Shown here: positions 7,661 through 19,000 of the stretch, one piece after another
How the letters are laid out: every line of letters starts with the position of its first letter
Numbering within the stretch: position 1 is the stretch's first letter
Program-made: the position numbers and the translations under genes
The notes under the pieces: generated by a model
Told to the model about the DNA's origin: nothing
The model's input: only the letters and a program-made list of their open reading frames with translations
Database searches by the model: none
Source: Aulosira sp. ZfuVER01
Lineage (GTDB): Bacteria > Cyanobacteriota > Cyanobacteriia > Cyanobacteriales > Nostocaceae
Direction of reading: 5' to 3'
Assembly: GCA_034530615.2 (NCBI GenBank)
Contig: JAVRCV020000032.1
Span: 32,001-96,000, forward strand
DNA length: 64,000 nt

Positions 7661-10429
7661 ATGATATACAAGCACCATCAACAAAAGCTGTTGAGATGGA
7701 TTGCATTGTTCCTAGTTGGGACAGTGCTGCAATTGTTCTTTTACATCCCGACACCAGTCTTATCCCAAAATTCTAGTAGTTGTAGCAATATTACTGCCCC
7801 GCTCACGCCCGAAGAACAAACTTATGCTCGTGCGGCTTGGCAATATTTTGTCAAAAATTATCAGCCAGCGACAGGATTTACTAATTCTACTGGGGGTTAT
7901 CCTTCGGGTACGCTTTGGGATATGGGGAATTACTTGATGGCGTTGAATGCGGCGCGATCGCTAAATCTCACAGATCAAGCAGACTTTGATGGGCGTCTCA
8001 ACAAGTTTTTGACGACTCTCAGCAGCCTAAAGCTGTTTGAAGATGCCTTACCTAATAAAGTCTACAACGCAGCCACCGGACAAATGGTTGATTATGGTAA
8101 CAATCCCAACGAACGGGGGATTGGCTGGTCTGCTTTAGATGTAGGTCGGATACTAGCGGCGTTTGATGTGATTCGTACTTGTCACCCGCAATATAATGAT
8201 TGGCTCAAAGGAATTGTAGCCAAGTGGCAAGTAGGGCGATCGCTCAAAGATGAACAACTTTACGGTGCTATGGTTCTCCCAGATAAAAAAACATTACTAG
8301 TACAAGAAGGACGACTCGGCTACGAAGAATACGGCGCTAGAGGTTATCAACTTTGGGGTTTTTCTGCACCAAAAGCTCTTGCCTTGCAACCATATAAGAT
8401 GGTTGAAGTTAACGGTGTGCAAATTCCTGTTGATACTCGCGATTTCCAAAGCACCAACGCAAATAATTATGTTGTTAGTGAATCTTATATTCTTGATGGT
8501 ATTGAATTTGGCTTGCAAGGTGAGTTAGCAGATTTTGCAGCTAGAGTTTTAGATGTGCAGAAGCGGAGGTACGATGCTACAGGTCAGTTGACTGCGGTAA
8601 CAGAAGACAACATCGACCAACCACCTTATTTTCTTTACAATACTGTTTACTCTAACGGTAATGCCTGGGCGACAATTACAGACGAAAACAAACCTTACCC
8701 CCAGTTTCGCAGTCTTAGTACAAAAGCAGCTTTTGGCTGGCGTTATCTTTTTCCAGATAATGCTTATGCGCAAAAGATTTTTGATGCAGTTAAGGATCTT
8801 CGCAGTCCTAATAATGATGGTTACTACGCTGGCATTTATGAAGAATCGAAGCAGCCGAATAAAGCTTTAACTGGCAATACCAACGGGTTAATTTTAGAAA
8901 TTCTGTACTACAAAGCTAGAGGAAATCGGCCTTTAATTGCCTCTGCTGCTACCAGTACACCAACTAAACCGCCTAGCAATCATACTTCTGCAACTCCACC
9001 AAATTCTAGTGTTCCGGCTCCACCTCCTGCGGATACTTCTAAGGTTGATGAGGTGGCTGTCGCACCCATTCCACCAGTTGGTAATCCAGAGTCATCGTCT
9101 AACTTAAAACTAACTCGACCTTTAACAGTAGTTGAACGTCGCTATGCAGAAGCCGCATGGAGATATTTTCAAGCAAATTATCATTCTAAAAGTGGGCTGA
9201 TAGACGATCGCAGTGATTTTAAAGGTGCAACTCTTTGGGGATTAGGAGATTATTTAGCAGCATTACACGCAGCGCGATCGCTTGATATTATTTCTGCGAA
9301 AGAATTTGACCAGCGCACCCGCCATTTGTTAGCAGCTTTAGGTAAACTGCCGTTATTTGCAGGGGAGTTACCAAATCGAGGATACGATACGCGATCGCTC
9401 CAAGCAATAGATTATGGCGGAAATCCTGTTCCCGACGGTAACGGCTGGTCAGCTTTAGATTTAGGTAGGATGCTGGCAGCACTTTACAACTTAAAAAGCC
9501 ATCATCCAGAATACGCCGCAGCCGTCGATCGAGTTGTCTTAGATTGGTCATACCTGCGGGTAGTGCGGGATGGTATTTTATCCAGTACTACAACCGCCAA
9601 AGATCAAGAAGGACGTACCCTTACCCGCGTCAACCCGGAAACCCGCTTAGGGTATGAAGAATATGCCGCGCGTGCTTTTCAATTATGGGGTTTTGATGTT
9701 GAGGGTTCGGCTGTTGGCGGTGAATATAAAACTGCTTTGGTGGAGGGAGTGAAAGTACCAATCCAGCGTCAGCGAACTGATACGAATTCCCAAGTTAATC
9801 AATATACAGTCAGCAATCCTTTCTTACTTTATGCGTTGGAATTTGGCTTAGATCCAAAAATGCGATCGCTCTTTGAGCCAATTTTTCAAGCACAAGCCGA
9901 ACGTTACCGTCATACCGGAACCCTGACAGCCTCAGCTACTACCCTAATAGACCGCAAGCCTTACACTGTTCACAGCGCAATTACTGCCAAAGATGAACCT
10001 TGGATCGCTGTAGGAGATGATGGGCAAACTGTACCGAAAGCGCGAATGGTGAGTACAGCAGTAGCTTTTGCTTATCATGCCTTACTTCCAGAACATCAAT
10101 ATAGTCAGAAGTTATTCCCAGCAACGACTGATTTATATAACCCACTGACAGGTTATTATGAAGGCTTTTATGAAACCACAGGTAAAACAGCAGTTGGTTT
10201 CACAGGCAGCACCAACAGCATGATATTGCAATCGTTGCTATATACAGTCATGAATCGCCAACCTTTAATTCGTCCTACTGCAATGAAATCTCCCTGGTGG
10301 GAGGCTGTAGCGCAAGGAAATTCTGGTCGCGGTTTACCCAGAATTCCCCAGTCAACAGCTAAGTTAATTTCTGATAGTAATGGCAGTTACTGGGTTTCTA
10401 GTAGCGAAAATCGGAGAGTTGCAAAATAG
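7661..10429 (+). CDS. Secreted tandem double-DUF3131 protein
   Basis: Signal peptide and two DUF3131 repeats (AWQYF/AWRYF, WSALD.GR, RLGYEEY) joined by a Pro/Ser/Thr linker. Confidence 0.85.
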   Translation: MIYKHHQQKLLRWIALFLVGTVLQLFFYIPTPVLSQNSSSCSNITAPLTPEEQTYARAAWQYFVKNYQPATGFTNSTGGYPSGTLWDMGNYLMALNAARSLNLTDQADFDGRLNKFLTTLSSLKLFEDALPNKVYNAATGQMVDYGNNPNERGIGWSALDVGRILAAFDVIRTCHPQYNDWLKGIVAKWQVGRSLKDEQLYGAMVLPDKKTLLVQEGRLGYEEYGARGYQLWGFSAPKALALQPYKMVEVNGVQIPVDTRDFQSTNANNYVVSESYILDGIEFGLQGELADFAARVLDVQKRRYDATGQLTAVTEDNIDQPPYFLYNTVYSNGNAWATITDENKPYPQFRSLSTKAAFGWRYLFPDNAYAQKIFDAVKDLRSPNNDGYYAGIYEESKQPNKALTGNTNGLILEILYYKARGNRPLIASAATSTPTKPPSNHTSATPPNSSVPAPPPADTSKVDEVAVAPIPPVGNPESSSNLKLTRPLTVVERRYAEAAWRYFQANYHSKSGLIDDRSDFKGATLWGLGDYLAALHAARSLDIISAKEFDQRTRHLLAALGKLPLFAGELPNRGYDTRSLQAIDYGGNPVPDGNGWSALDLGRMLAALYNLKSHHPEYAAAVDRVVLDWSYLRVVRDGILSSTTTAKDQEGRTLTRVNPETRLGYEEYAARAFQLWGFDVEGSAVGGEYKTALVEGVKVPIQRQRTDTNSQVNQYTVSNPFLLYALEFGLDPKMRSLFEPIFQAQAERYRHTGTLTASATTLIDRKPYTVHSAITAKDEPWIAVGDDGQTVPKARMVSTAVAFAYHALLPEHQYSQKLFPATTDLYNPLTGYYEGFYETTGKTAVGFTGSTNSMILQSLLYTVMNRQPLIRPTAMKSPWWEAVAQGNSGRGLPRIPQSTAKLISDSNGSYWVSSSENRRVAK

Positions 10430-10453
10430 ATCTTGCAAAAATCTAAGTAAGAA

Positions 10454-10599
10454 TAGACCTTTTGCACGAATGCGAAATTTGCCCTCATCCCCCAACCCCT
10501 TCTCCCAAATTGGGAGAAGGGGAGTAAATTTCAAAGTCCCTCTCCCAATCATGGGAGAGGGATTTAGGGTGAGGGCGATTGATTTATGCAAGAAGTCTA
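10454..10599. mobile_element. MITE-like element with imperfect 18-bp TIRs and two internal GC-rich hairpins
   Basis: TAGACCTTTTGCACGAAT / ATTTATGCAAGAAGTCTA (14/18 complementary). Internal hairpins are CCCTTCTCCCA..TGGGAGAAGGG and TCCCTCTCCCA..TGGGAGAGGGA. Confidence 0.7.
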
Positions 10600-10606
10600 A
10601 TAAAAA

Positions 10607-10650
10607 AACCACAGATAAACATCAGTGTTCATCGGTGTTTATCTGTGGTT
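10607..10650. repeat. Palindromic small dispersed repeat (same family as 4255-4298)
   Basis: AACCACAGATAAACA...TGTTTATCTGTGGTT. Confidence 0.65.
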
Positions 10651-10674
10651 CAATATCCAAAATATTTACTAATG

Positions 10675-11319
10675 CTACTTTGCTAAACGCTGCTTCCGTT
10701 TCAACAGCATACCGCCGCCCAGTGCCACACCTATACCTAAGATGGTAGAGGGTTCGGGAACTTGGGCAACTTGAAAATCTAATTGATATTTTTCGATACC
10801 TTTGGTAGTTTCCTGAATCCAGAAAGTATACGTTCCTTCTGTCAGCACACCGCTAGGGAAGCCGACAAAAGAAAATCCCCGGATCGGATCTGCTTTACCC
10901 AAATCGTCTAAGACATTATCGCCAACACGTTTTCCTGGTTCTGCACCAATCGTAGCTGCACCAAGTAATGGAGGATTGTTATCGGTAACAGTGGTATTTT
11001 CAATCAGTGAACCTGCTTGTACTCCGAAAAATCCTTGATTGATCTGATCGTCATCTCGTCCCTGATAGTCAGCCAAAAGAATTTGGTTGAGTAGATAACC
11101 AGAGGGAATATTGATGGAAAAGAAATCTCGGTCAAGATTTGGGTTACCTGTTGTCGAGCCAATGATGAGGTTGGAACCAGTAGATAGGTTAAGTTTTGTT
11201 GGATTTAAGTTATCGCTAGAGAAGTCACCCTGAGAAGCTTCATTAAATGCAATGTTTGCTGCGTAGGCGTTCGGAGCAAATGCCAACATAGCCACTAACC
11301 CTAACACTAAGCTTTTCAT
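10675..11319 (-). CDS. PEP-CTERM sorting domain protein
   Basis: Signal peptide; C-terminal VPEPSTILG + TM helix + KRK. Confidence 0.9.
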   Translation of the reverse strand: MKSLVLGLVAMLAFAPNAYAANIAFNEASQGDFSSDNLNPTKLNLSTGSNLIIGSTTGNPNLDRDFFSINIPSGYLLNQILLADYQGRDDDQINQGFFGVQAGSLIENTTVTDNNPPLLGAATIGAEPGKRVGDNVLDDLGKADPIRGFSFVGFPSGVLTEGTYTFWIQETTKGIEKYQLDFQVAQVPEPSTILGIGVALGGGMLLKRKQRLAK

Positions 11320-11658
11320 CAATTTACCTCTGTTTTAGGGGAAATCAGGTAATCGATACTCACTAACATCGATTCTCATTAATTATCCAATGTTCTCTAC
11401 TCCTAATCTTTTTTTATGAGGACATACCATAGAAGATTACACCCTTAAACTCACTTATCCATAAAGCCATTTGCCCTAGGTTGTTAGTTATGAATTTCAC
11501 TAGGGAATACTTAATTTTGAGTCAACGTAGATGATGGCAATCGCGATCGCAGCAATAACAAGTGTGCAAGCTCAAAAACCAATAGTTGTAGGAGGTAAAA
11601 AATAGTATCTGTTTATGGTTATTAAGTTAACTACTATAAATTTATTATTGGTTACACA

Positions 11659-13629
11659 ATGGCTTCTATATTTATTGATAATTCCCCAAATTTTTCGGGC
11701 AACAGCCGTTCAATTTTAAAAAAAAGAACACTATTATTTCGCTACTTAGCAGAAATAAATTTAATTTTTGGGATCTGGTATTTACAATGGCGCATCACTC
11801 ATTCAATCAATTTTGATGCGCTGTGGCTCTCGATACCCTTGCTATTAGCAGAAATCTATAGCTATTTTGGTGGTGTAATGTTTGTTATCGGGTTGTGGCG
11901 GCCTTTAGTTAGGCAGATTAAGTCACTCGATCTGATGACTCCACCTTTGCCAAAATCCGACTGGCCTAGTGTAGATGTATTTATCACTTGTTACAACGAA
12001 CCGCCGGAAATAGTAGAACAAACTGCTCAGGCGGCTCTAGCAATAGATTACCCTGCCAACAAATTGCGCGTTTATGTGCTAGATGATGGTAATTCTGCGG
12101 CTATGAGAGCCATGACAGAGAAGTTGTGTATTGCAGATTTGCAAACACCACTACTACAGCAAGAAGTTCATCGAATAGATGCAGAACGCTCTTTATTAGT
12201 AGAACGCCTGCAACAATTAGAAAATCTGACATCTAATACTCAAGCGGCCGAACAGTGGTTGCAAGAAAGTTTGGAAGAAAATACTGTCGGCTCGTTTGTC
12301 CAAAGTCTGCGAGAGTTGATTCTTTGGCTACCTCCCACTCATCAAAGTATAAGCGATCGCCTCAAAACTGAAAGGCAAGCTTTAGAAGCAGCTATTCATC
12401 AAAAAGAATTGGAATTAGTTGAACTGGCTCGATTCCGTTACATTGCTCGTCCCAAACCTGCTGGCGTACCCCACCACGCTAAAGCAGGCAATCTCAATTA
12501 TGCAATGTTCTCTGGCGAAACTTCTGGAGAATTTATTTTAACTTTAGACGCAGACCATATACCCAAACCACAATTTCTCAAACGAGTTTTGCCATATTTC
12601 TACAACTACAATCTGTTCACAGGTAAATATGAGCAAAATCGTATTGCTTTTGTCCAGACACCCCAAGATTTTTATAATATTCCTGCGGGCGATCCTTTTG
12701 GACATCGAGCAAGTTTATTTTATGGGCCGCTGCAACAAGGCAAAGATGGCATGAATGCCGCTTTTTATACAGGAACAAATGCGATTCTTCGCCGAGAAGC
12801 ATTAATTAATGTTGGATTACAATATTTTGCTGATGATTTTGCCAAAGATGAAAAACGCTTAGATGAATTTCAGTTAGTAGGTGGCGTATCCAGCAACAGT
12901 ATTACAGAAGATATGAATACAGCCATGCGTCTACATGGTGCTGGTTGGAAATCTATTTATCACAACGAACTTTTGGCAGAAGGTTTAGCACCGGATGACC
13001 TCAGTTCTACTTTGAAACAACGATTACGTTGGGCGCAAGGAACTATCCAAGTACTACTGCGAGAAAATCCCCTCACAAAATCAGGGCTAACATTTTGGCA
13101 ACGTCTGCAATATTTTAAGACGATGTATAGTTATTTTTCTGGTTTTGCTACTCTAATTTTTATTGCTTGCCCAATTATTTACTTTTTTACAGAAATTGTT
13201 CCAGTTAAAACCTATGGCTCTGATTTTGCTCTACACTTTTTCCCAGCATTTATTATTAATCGCCTGACATTTTTAGCAGCTACTTGGGGAATTCCTGCTA
13301 GTGAAGTTTGGCGCTCTGAACAATATGCGATCGCATTATTTCCTTTGTTAATCCAAGCTGTTTGGAGTGTATTTACAGGACAAAAAATAAACTTTCAAGT
13401 TACACCCAAACAAAGGCAAGCGGGAATTTATTTGCGGCTAGTTTGGCCGCAACTAGTTATATTTAGCTTGACAATATTAGGAATACTTTGGAGCGTTTAC
13501 CGCTTTGCCATTGGTCATCTTCACAATCCTTGGGTTCACTTACTCAATAGTGCTTGGGCTGTTTATAATTTACTGCTTTTGTGGGCTATTATTCGTGCAT
13601 CTGTTTGGCAGCCTGCAAAGGAGTCATAA
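11659..13629 (+). CDS. cesA: Cellulose-synthase-like processive GT2 glucan synthase, no PilZ domain
   Basis: DDG, HAKAGNLN, DAD, QTPQ, TED, QRLRW (QxxRW) and FQVTPK motifs plus N- and C-terminal TM helices. The protein ends right after the last TM. Confidence 0.85.
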   Translation: MASIFIDNSPNFSGNSRSILKKRTLLFRYLAEINLIFGIWYLQWRITHSINFDALWLSIPLLLAEIYSYFGGVMFVIGLWRPLVRQIKSLDLMTPPLPKSDWPSVDVFITCYNEPPEIVEQTAQAALAIDYPANKLRVYVLDDGNSAAMRAMTEKLCIADLQTPLLQQEVHRIDAERSLLVERLQQLENLTSNTQAAEQWLQESLEENTVGSFVQSLRELILWLPPTHQSISDRLKTERQALEAAIHQKELELVELARFRYIARPKPAGVPHHAKAGNLNYAMFSGETSGEFILTLDADHIPKPQFLKRVLPYFYNYNLFTGKYEQNRIAFVQTPQDFYNIPAGDPFGHRASLFYGPLQQGKDGMNAAFYTGTNAILRREALINVGLQYFADDFAKDEKRLDEFQLVGGVSSNSITEDMNTAMRLHGAGWKSIYHNELLAEGLAPDDLSSTLKQRLRWAQGTIQVLLRENPLTKSGLTFWQRLQYFKTMYSYFSGFATLIFIACPIIYFFTEIVPVKTYGSDFALHFFPAFIINRLTFLAATWGIPASEVWRSEQYAIALFPLLIQAVWSVFTGQKINFQVTPKQRQAGIYLRLVWPQLVIFSLTILGILWSVYRFAIGHLHNPWVHLLNSAWAVYNLLLLWAIIRASVWQPAKES

Positions 13630-13636
13630 AATATAC

Positions 13637-13669
13637 AGATCTCCGACTTCTTAAAGAGGTCGAGGATCT
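13637..13669. repeat. REP-like palindrome / possible terminator after the GT2 gene
   Basis: AGATCTCCGACTTCTT-A-AAGAGGTCGAGGATCT. Confidence 0.6.
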
Positions 13670-13769
13670 AATAGCACCTTATTTCCGAATTAAGATAACT
13701 TGCCGTTTCAATTTACAAATGCCAAAATATAAAGTATAAATTTTGACGTACTAATAAGGTAAATAATTT

Positions 13770-14099
13770 ATGCCTGCAAACATGAGAACAATTGAATTGA
13801 CTGGAATATTAGATGGAATTAAAGGTAATGAATTACGTCGTGAAATTAACGATAGTTTAGCTGACGGGATTGATATTTTATTAATAGATATGAAAGCAGT
13901 TAGCTTTGTCAATAGTTCAGGTTTAGGTTCTTTAGTATCAGCAATGCAAGTAGTACGTAATGCTAATGCTAAACTTTTCCTCTGTTCTATTAATGACCAA
14001 GTTAGGATGTTATTTGAGCTTACAAAACTGGACAGAATTTTTCAAACATTTGTCGATAAAGATGACTTCAATCGTCAGTTTTTAGCTGCAACAGAGTAA
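13770..14099 (+). CDS. STAS domain anti-sigma-factor antagonist (RsbV/SpoIIAA-like)
   Basis: 109 aa; V.FVNSSGLG phospho-Ser motif; LFELTKLDRIF. Confidence 0.9.
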   Translation: MPANMRTIELTGILDGIKGNELRREINDSLADGIDILLIDMKAVSFVNSSGLGSLVSAMQVVRNANAKLFLCSINDQVRMLFELTKLDRIFQTFVDKDDFNRQFLAATE

Positions 14100-14105
14100 G
14101 TGAGT

Positions 14106-15296
14106 TTAATTAAAGAATATTTTTAACAACGAAAAATCATCTTCCAGATTTTGTTGGTGATTTAATGCCATAATCTGTTCTAAAACAAGATTTAGATAAC
14201 AGTTATTGACATTGCTATATTTGATTAGTAAATCAATAAAAGCATCAACTCCCCAAATCTTTCCATCTGGCTGACTTATTTCATAAACTCCATCACTAAA
14301 GATGTAGAGAGTGCTGTCTTGTTCAATATCAAATACAGCATCCTCAAAATCAACATCAGGTAAAAAGCCTATTGGTAAATCTAGAGAACTGAGTTTTCTA
14401 ACTTGAAAGCTGGTTGCAGATGTACCAGATAAAAGTAAAGCTGGAGGATGTCCGGCGTTAGCGTAAACAAGTTGGCGTTTGACGCGGTGATAAACTCCAT
14501 ACCAAATTGTGAAGTATTTATCACCGTGATTTTTCATTTGAAAAGCATGATTAAGTGCTTTGAGAACTTCGCTAGGTTGGTAAAAGTTAGTGTTGGATAG
14601 GGATTGCGATCGCAAAATATTTAATACAGATACAGATAGCAAAGCAGAACCTACCCCATGTCCTGATACATCTAACAAATAAATTGCTAAATGCTCGTTA
14701 TCCAACCAGTAATAGTCGAAGCAATCACCGCCTAACTGTGCTGAGGGAACAAACAATGCTTCTGTAGTTACTGTTCCTTGAAGGGGCGAAGGTAAAAGCG
14801 ATCGCACATAATCAGCCGCCTCAGCCAATTCTGCCTCTAAAATTTGCTTTTGGGTTTGCAAATTCTGATTGAGTATTTCTAAAGCTTGTTTTTTACTTTG
14901 TAAATCTTGATTTAGTTGATATAACCTTAACCCTGCTCTTACTCTCGCCTTTAATTCACTCATTTGGATTGGCTTAGAAACAAACTCATCTGCTCCCGCA
15001 TCTAATCCTCTTACTCTATCTTCCTCCTCACCCGGAGCCGCGCCTTTAGCAGTCAGCAGAATAAAAAAAGTAGTAGCTAACTCTGGATCTGCCTTAATTT
15101 GACGACATACTTCTAATCCATCTAACTGTGACATCACCCAATCACAGATAATTAAAGCCGGACGTAGCAATCGAGCTTGTGCAATTCCTTCCTCTCCATT
15201 ACTAGCAACAGTAGTCTCATAACCCTGTTTTTGGAGAGTTCTATTTAGTGCGGCTCTAACAATCGGATCGTCATCAATAACTAAAATTTTTACCAT
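14106..15296 (-). CDS. Response regulator with PP2C (SpoIIE/RsbU-like) phosphatase output
   Basis: N-terminal REC (VIDDD, ICDW, SKP), coiled coil, then GGDCFDY, DVSGHG, NAGHPP, SDG and DD motifs. Confidence 0.92.
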   Translation of the reverse strand: MVKILVIDDDPIVRAALNRTLQKQGYETTVASNGEEGIAQARLLRPALIICDWVMSQLDGLEVCRQIKADPELATTFFILLTAKGAAPGEEEDRVRGLDAGADEFVSKPIQMSELKARVRAGLRLYQLNQDLQSKKQALEILNQNLQTQKQILEAELAEAADYVRSLLPSPLQGTVTTEALFVPSAQLGGDCFDYYWLDNEHLAIYLLDVSGHGVGSALLSVSVLNILRSQSLSNTNFYQPSEVLKALNHAFQMKNHGDKYFTIWYGVYHRVKRQLVYANAGHPPALLLSGTSATSFQVRKLSSLDLPIGFLPDVDFEDAVFDIEQDSTLYIFSDGVYEISQPDGKIWGVDAFIDLLIKYSNVNNCYLNLVLEQIMALNHQQNLEDDFSLLKIFFN

Positions 15297-15447
15297 AAAT
15301 CAGAAAGGTATCTAATACAATGAGAATTAAATAATTTCTTTATTTCAAATTACATATATTTTTGTGAATAATATATAGTAAAAATACGTAAATTAAATGA
15401 ATTAGTTTTCGATTATGATAAAACTAAATTTTTGAATACTTAATCAA

Positions 15448-15864
15448 GTGGATAATAAAATTTCTTTAAAAATCAATACAGATATTACAGCTTTATCTTC
15501 TGTTTTATCTTGGTTTGAGCAAATAAATCAACCGCCCATAACTAAACCAGAAATTTGGTGGCAATGCCAAACCTTACTGGCAGAAGGTTTTACTAATATT
15601 GTTGAACACGCCCACAAAAATTTATCAGCACAAACCCCTATTACTATAGAAGTTTGCCGTTATGCTCAATCTATAGAAATACGTATATTTTCTCAAGGTA
15701 AACCTTTCAATTTAGAAGAAAAATTACAAGAAGTATCTGAATTTGAAGAAAACAATCGAGAACGTGGACGTGGTTTAAAAATAATGTCAAGTCTCGCTGA
15801 CAAGTTAAGTTATGAACAGATAGCAGAAAATAGCTACTGTTTATTTATAAGTAAATTATATTAA
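15448..15864 (+). CDS. RsbW/SpoIIAB-like anti-sigma factor Ser kinase
   Basis: EGFTNIVEHAH N-box, GKPF, ERGRGL.IM. Confidence 0.88.
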   Translation: MDNKISLKINTDITALSSVLSWFEQINQPPITKPEIWWQCQTLLAEGFTNIVEHAHKNLSAQTPITIEVCRYAQSIEIRIFSQGKPFNLEEKLQEVSEFEENNRERGRGLKIMSSLADKLSYEQIAENSYCLFISKLY

Positions 15865-16043
15865 TTTACTTGACTGTTTATTCGCATGAAAAATTAGACT
15901 AAACCATAAAATTATTAAAGTAAATAATAAGAAAAAATATATATTGTTAATGTTTGTTTACCATTAAAACAAAAATTTTAAAGCTAAAAATCTCTTGCCA
16001 TATCTATCTACTTAATTATTTTTTCTATAGATAAATCCTAAAA

Positions 16044-19000
16044 ATGACAGCACCATTACCTGATAACGAAGCACAGAGAATTGAAGCTCTTTTAGAATAC
16101 AAAGTTCTCGATACTCCATCTGAAGCAGCATTTGACGATCTCACACGTTTAGCATCATATATTTGTGGAACTCCCATTGCTTTAGTCAGTTTAGTTGAAA
16201 AAAATCGTCAGTGGTTTAAATCAAAAATTGGGCTAGATGCGCTAGAAACACCTAGAGATATAGCATTTTGCGCCCATGCAATTGTGCAATCTGATGTTTT
16301 TACTGTACCCGACGCTACAGCCGACGAAAGGTTTGCGGCAAATCCATTAGTTACCTCTGACCCTAATATTCGCTTTTATGCTGGTGTACCTTTAACTAAC
16401 CCTGAAGGCTATGCTTTAGGAACACTTTGCGTCATTGACTACGTACCGAGAAACCTCACCCCAGAACAAGTTGAAGCTTTAAAAATTCTCGGTCGCCAAG
16501 TTATTAAACAAATGGAACTACGACGTAATTTAGCAAATTTGGTACTTGTAACTAATCGACGTAAACAGGTAGAAAAGATACGTAAGCATTTTTTTAAAAG
16601 AGTTGCGGGTGGCTTTGGATTAGCATCAGTAATTTTAGTATTGATTGGCTTAGTTTCTTATCGCAGCACGACAGTTTTAATTAATAGCAATAACCAAGTT
16701 AAAACAACTCAAGAAACAATCAATAGTTTAGAAGCATTGCTATCCCATATCCAAGATGCTGAAACTGGGCAACGCGGTTACATCTTGACGGGACAAGAGC
16801 GTTATCTTAAACCTTATCAGGCTACACTTGCAGAAGTGGAGCAAGAAATTGAAAATCTGAGAAATTTAACAGCCGATAAATATCAACAACAACAAATTGA
16901 AGTACTCAAACCACTATTAGCCGCTAAACTTAACGAACTCAAGCAAACTATCGAGTTGCGTCAGCAAAAAGGATTTGATGCAGCATTGCAACTAATCCTC
17001 ACAGATCGGGGGAAAAACCTGATGGATGATATCCGCAAGGTTATCTCTGATATGGAACAGCAAGAAAGGAAGCTACTGCAACAGCGATCGCTAATTGTCA
17101 AAGCCAGTGCTAATAATACAATCTCGATCATAGCGATCGCTATCTGCTCAAGTTTTCTCACTCTGGGCGTAATTTACTATTTAATTTATCGTGAGTTCAC
17201 CCAGCGCAAGGTTGTAGAAGATACACTGCACGAAGAGCGGAACTTTATCTCAGCAGTGCTAGATACAGTCAGTGCTTTAGTTATAGTTCTCAACCCACAA
17301 GGACAAATTGTTCGCTTCAATCAAGCTTGCGAGCAAATAACTGGTTACTCCTTCGATGAAGTCAGGGATAGATATTTCTGGAATTTGTTTTTAGTTCCTG
17401 AAGAAGTAGAGCCAGTCAAAGCAATTTTTGAGAAATTAAGAGCAGGGCACATAACTCCCAACTCTCAAAACTATGAAAACTATTGGAAAACTAAAGATGG
17501 TAGCCTACGGCTGATTTCTTGGTCAAATACCATTCTTCAAGACTACGAAGGCTCTGTAGAATACCTTATTGGTACAGGTATAGACATCACCGAGAGCAAA
17601 CAAGCAGAAGTTGCATTGCGTGAAAGTAAACGTTTTGCTGAGAGTGTCACAGAAAACACCACCAGCATGATCTATGTATTAGACTTAGACACCTTAACAG
17701 GGGTTTATGCAAATAAAAACCTGGCCGAATTTGTAGGTTATAACCCAGAAGATGCTGCGAAAATAGGTGCAAACCTTTTACCGACTATTATTCATCCTGA
17801 CGATCTACAGATTAGGATGGTTTATTACCAGCAGTTCCCGAATATCCCAGACGGTGAAATAGTAGAATTTGAGCAACGAGTCAAGCACATCAATGGTGAG
17901 TGGCGTTGGCTTTGGCATCGTGAAACTGTTTTTAAACGTCGAGCAGATGGTACACCACATCAAGTTATGGGAACTGCTCAGGATATTACTGAGCGCAAAC
18001 GCGCCCAAAAACATCTCACAGCACAATATGCTATTACTCGCGTTTTAGCAGAATCTAATTCAATCTCCGAAGCCACTCCCCAAATACTCCAAGCAATTTG
18101 TGAAAGTTTGGGATGGGATGTGAGCGAAATTTGGATGGTAAACCAGCAAGCAAATGTACTTGATTTTCTTGATTTGTGGCATCGTGCATCTTTGGAAATG
18201 CAAGTGTTTAAAACACTGAGTCAAGAAATCACGTTTGCACCAGGAATCGGATTACCTGGCCATGTTTGGGCTAGTGGTGAACCTGTTTGGCTAATTGATG
18301 TCGTTAGCGATATTAACTTTTTGCGAAACCAGATTGCTCAACAAATAGGATTACATGGTGCTTTTGGTTTCCCAATTCGTAGCGAAAAGAAAATTCTTGG
18401 CGTAATTACCTGCTTCAGCCATCAGATTCAGCAATATGACCAAGATTTGGCAAAAATCATGAATTCTATTGGCGAATTAGTAGGGCAGTTTATTCAGCGC
18501 AAGCAGGCAAAAGAAGAATTGCAACGCCAAAACTTGCGATCGCAATTATTTACAGAAATCACCCTCAAAATTCGCCAATCTTTGCAAATTGAAGAAATTC
18601 TGCAAATCACTGTTACAGAAGTTCAAAAAATTCTTCAAACTGACCGAGTTTTAATTTATCAGCTGTCGCCAGATGGATGCGGAAGTATTTTGATTGAGGC
18701 AGTAGTTGCTGACTGGCCAGCAATTAAAGCACAAAATAGCGCTGACTCTTATCTGCAAACAGAATATCAGCAACAATACAGTCTACAACAGTACCGACAA
18801 AAGCAAATTGACGCGATCGCTGATTTGGATGCGATCGTTATTCAACAAAGTCATCTAGAATTCCTGCAAAAGCTTGGGGTTAAAGCCAATTTAGTCATCC
18901 CCATACTCGTCAAAGAAGAACTCTGCGGTTTGTTAATTGTCCATCAGTGTGCCTCTCCCCGCCAATGGTCAAGTTTTGAAACTCATCTTTTACGCCAAAT

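Noticed and set aside
10364..10748. ORFs 10364-10612 and 10380-10748
   Set aside because: They span the MITE-like element and overlap real genes.
2769..13629. Canonical cyclic beta-1,2-glucan synthase (Cgs/NdvB) or canonical bcsABZC operon
   Set aside because: There is no large GT84/GH94 polypeptide and no BcsB, GH8 or PilZ.
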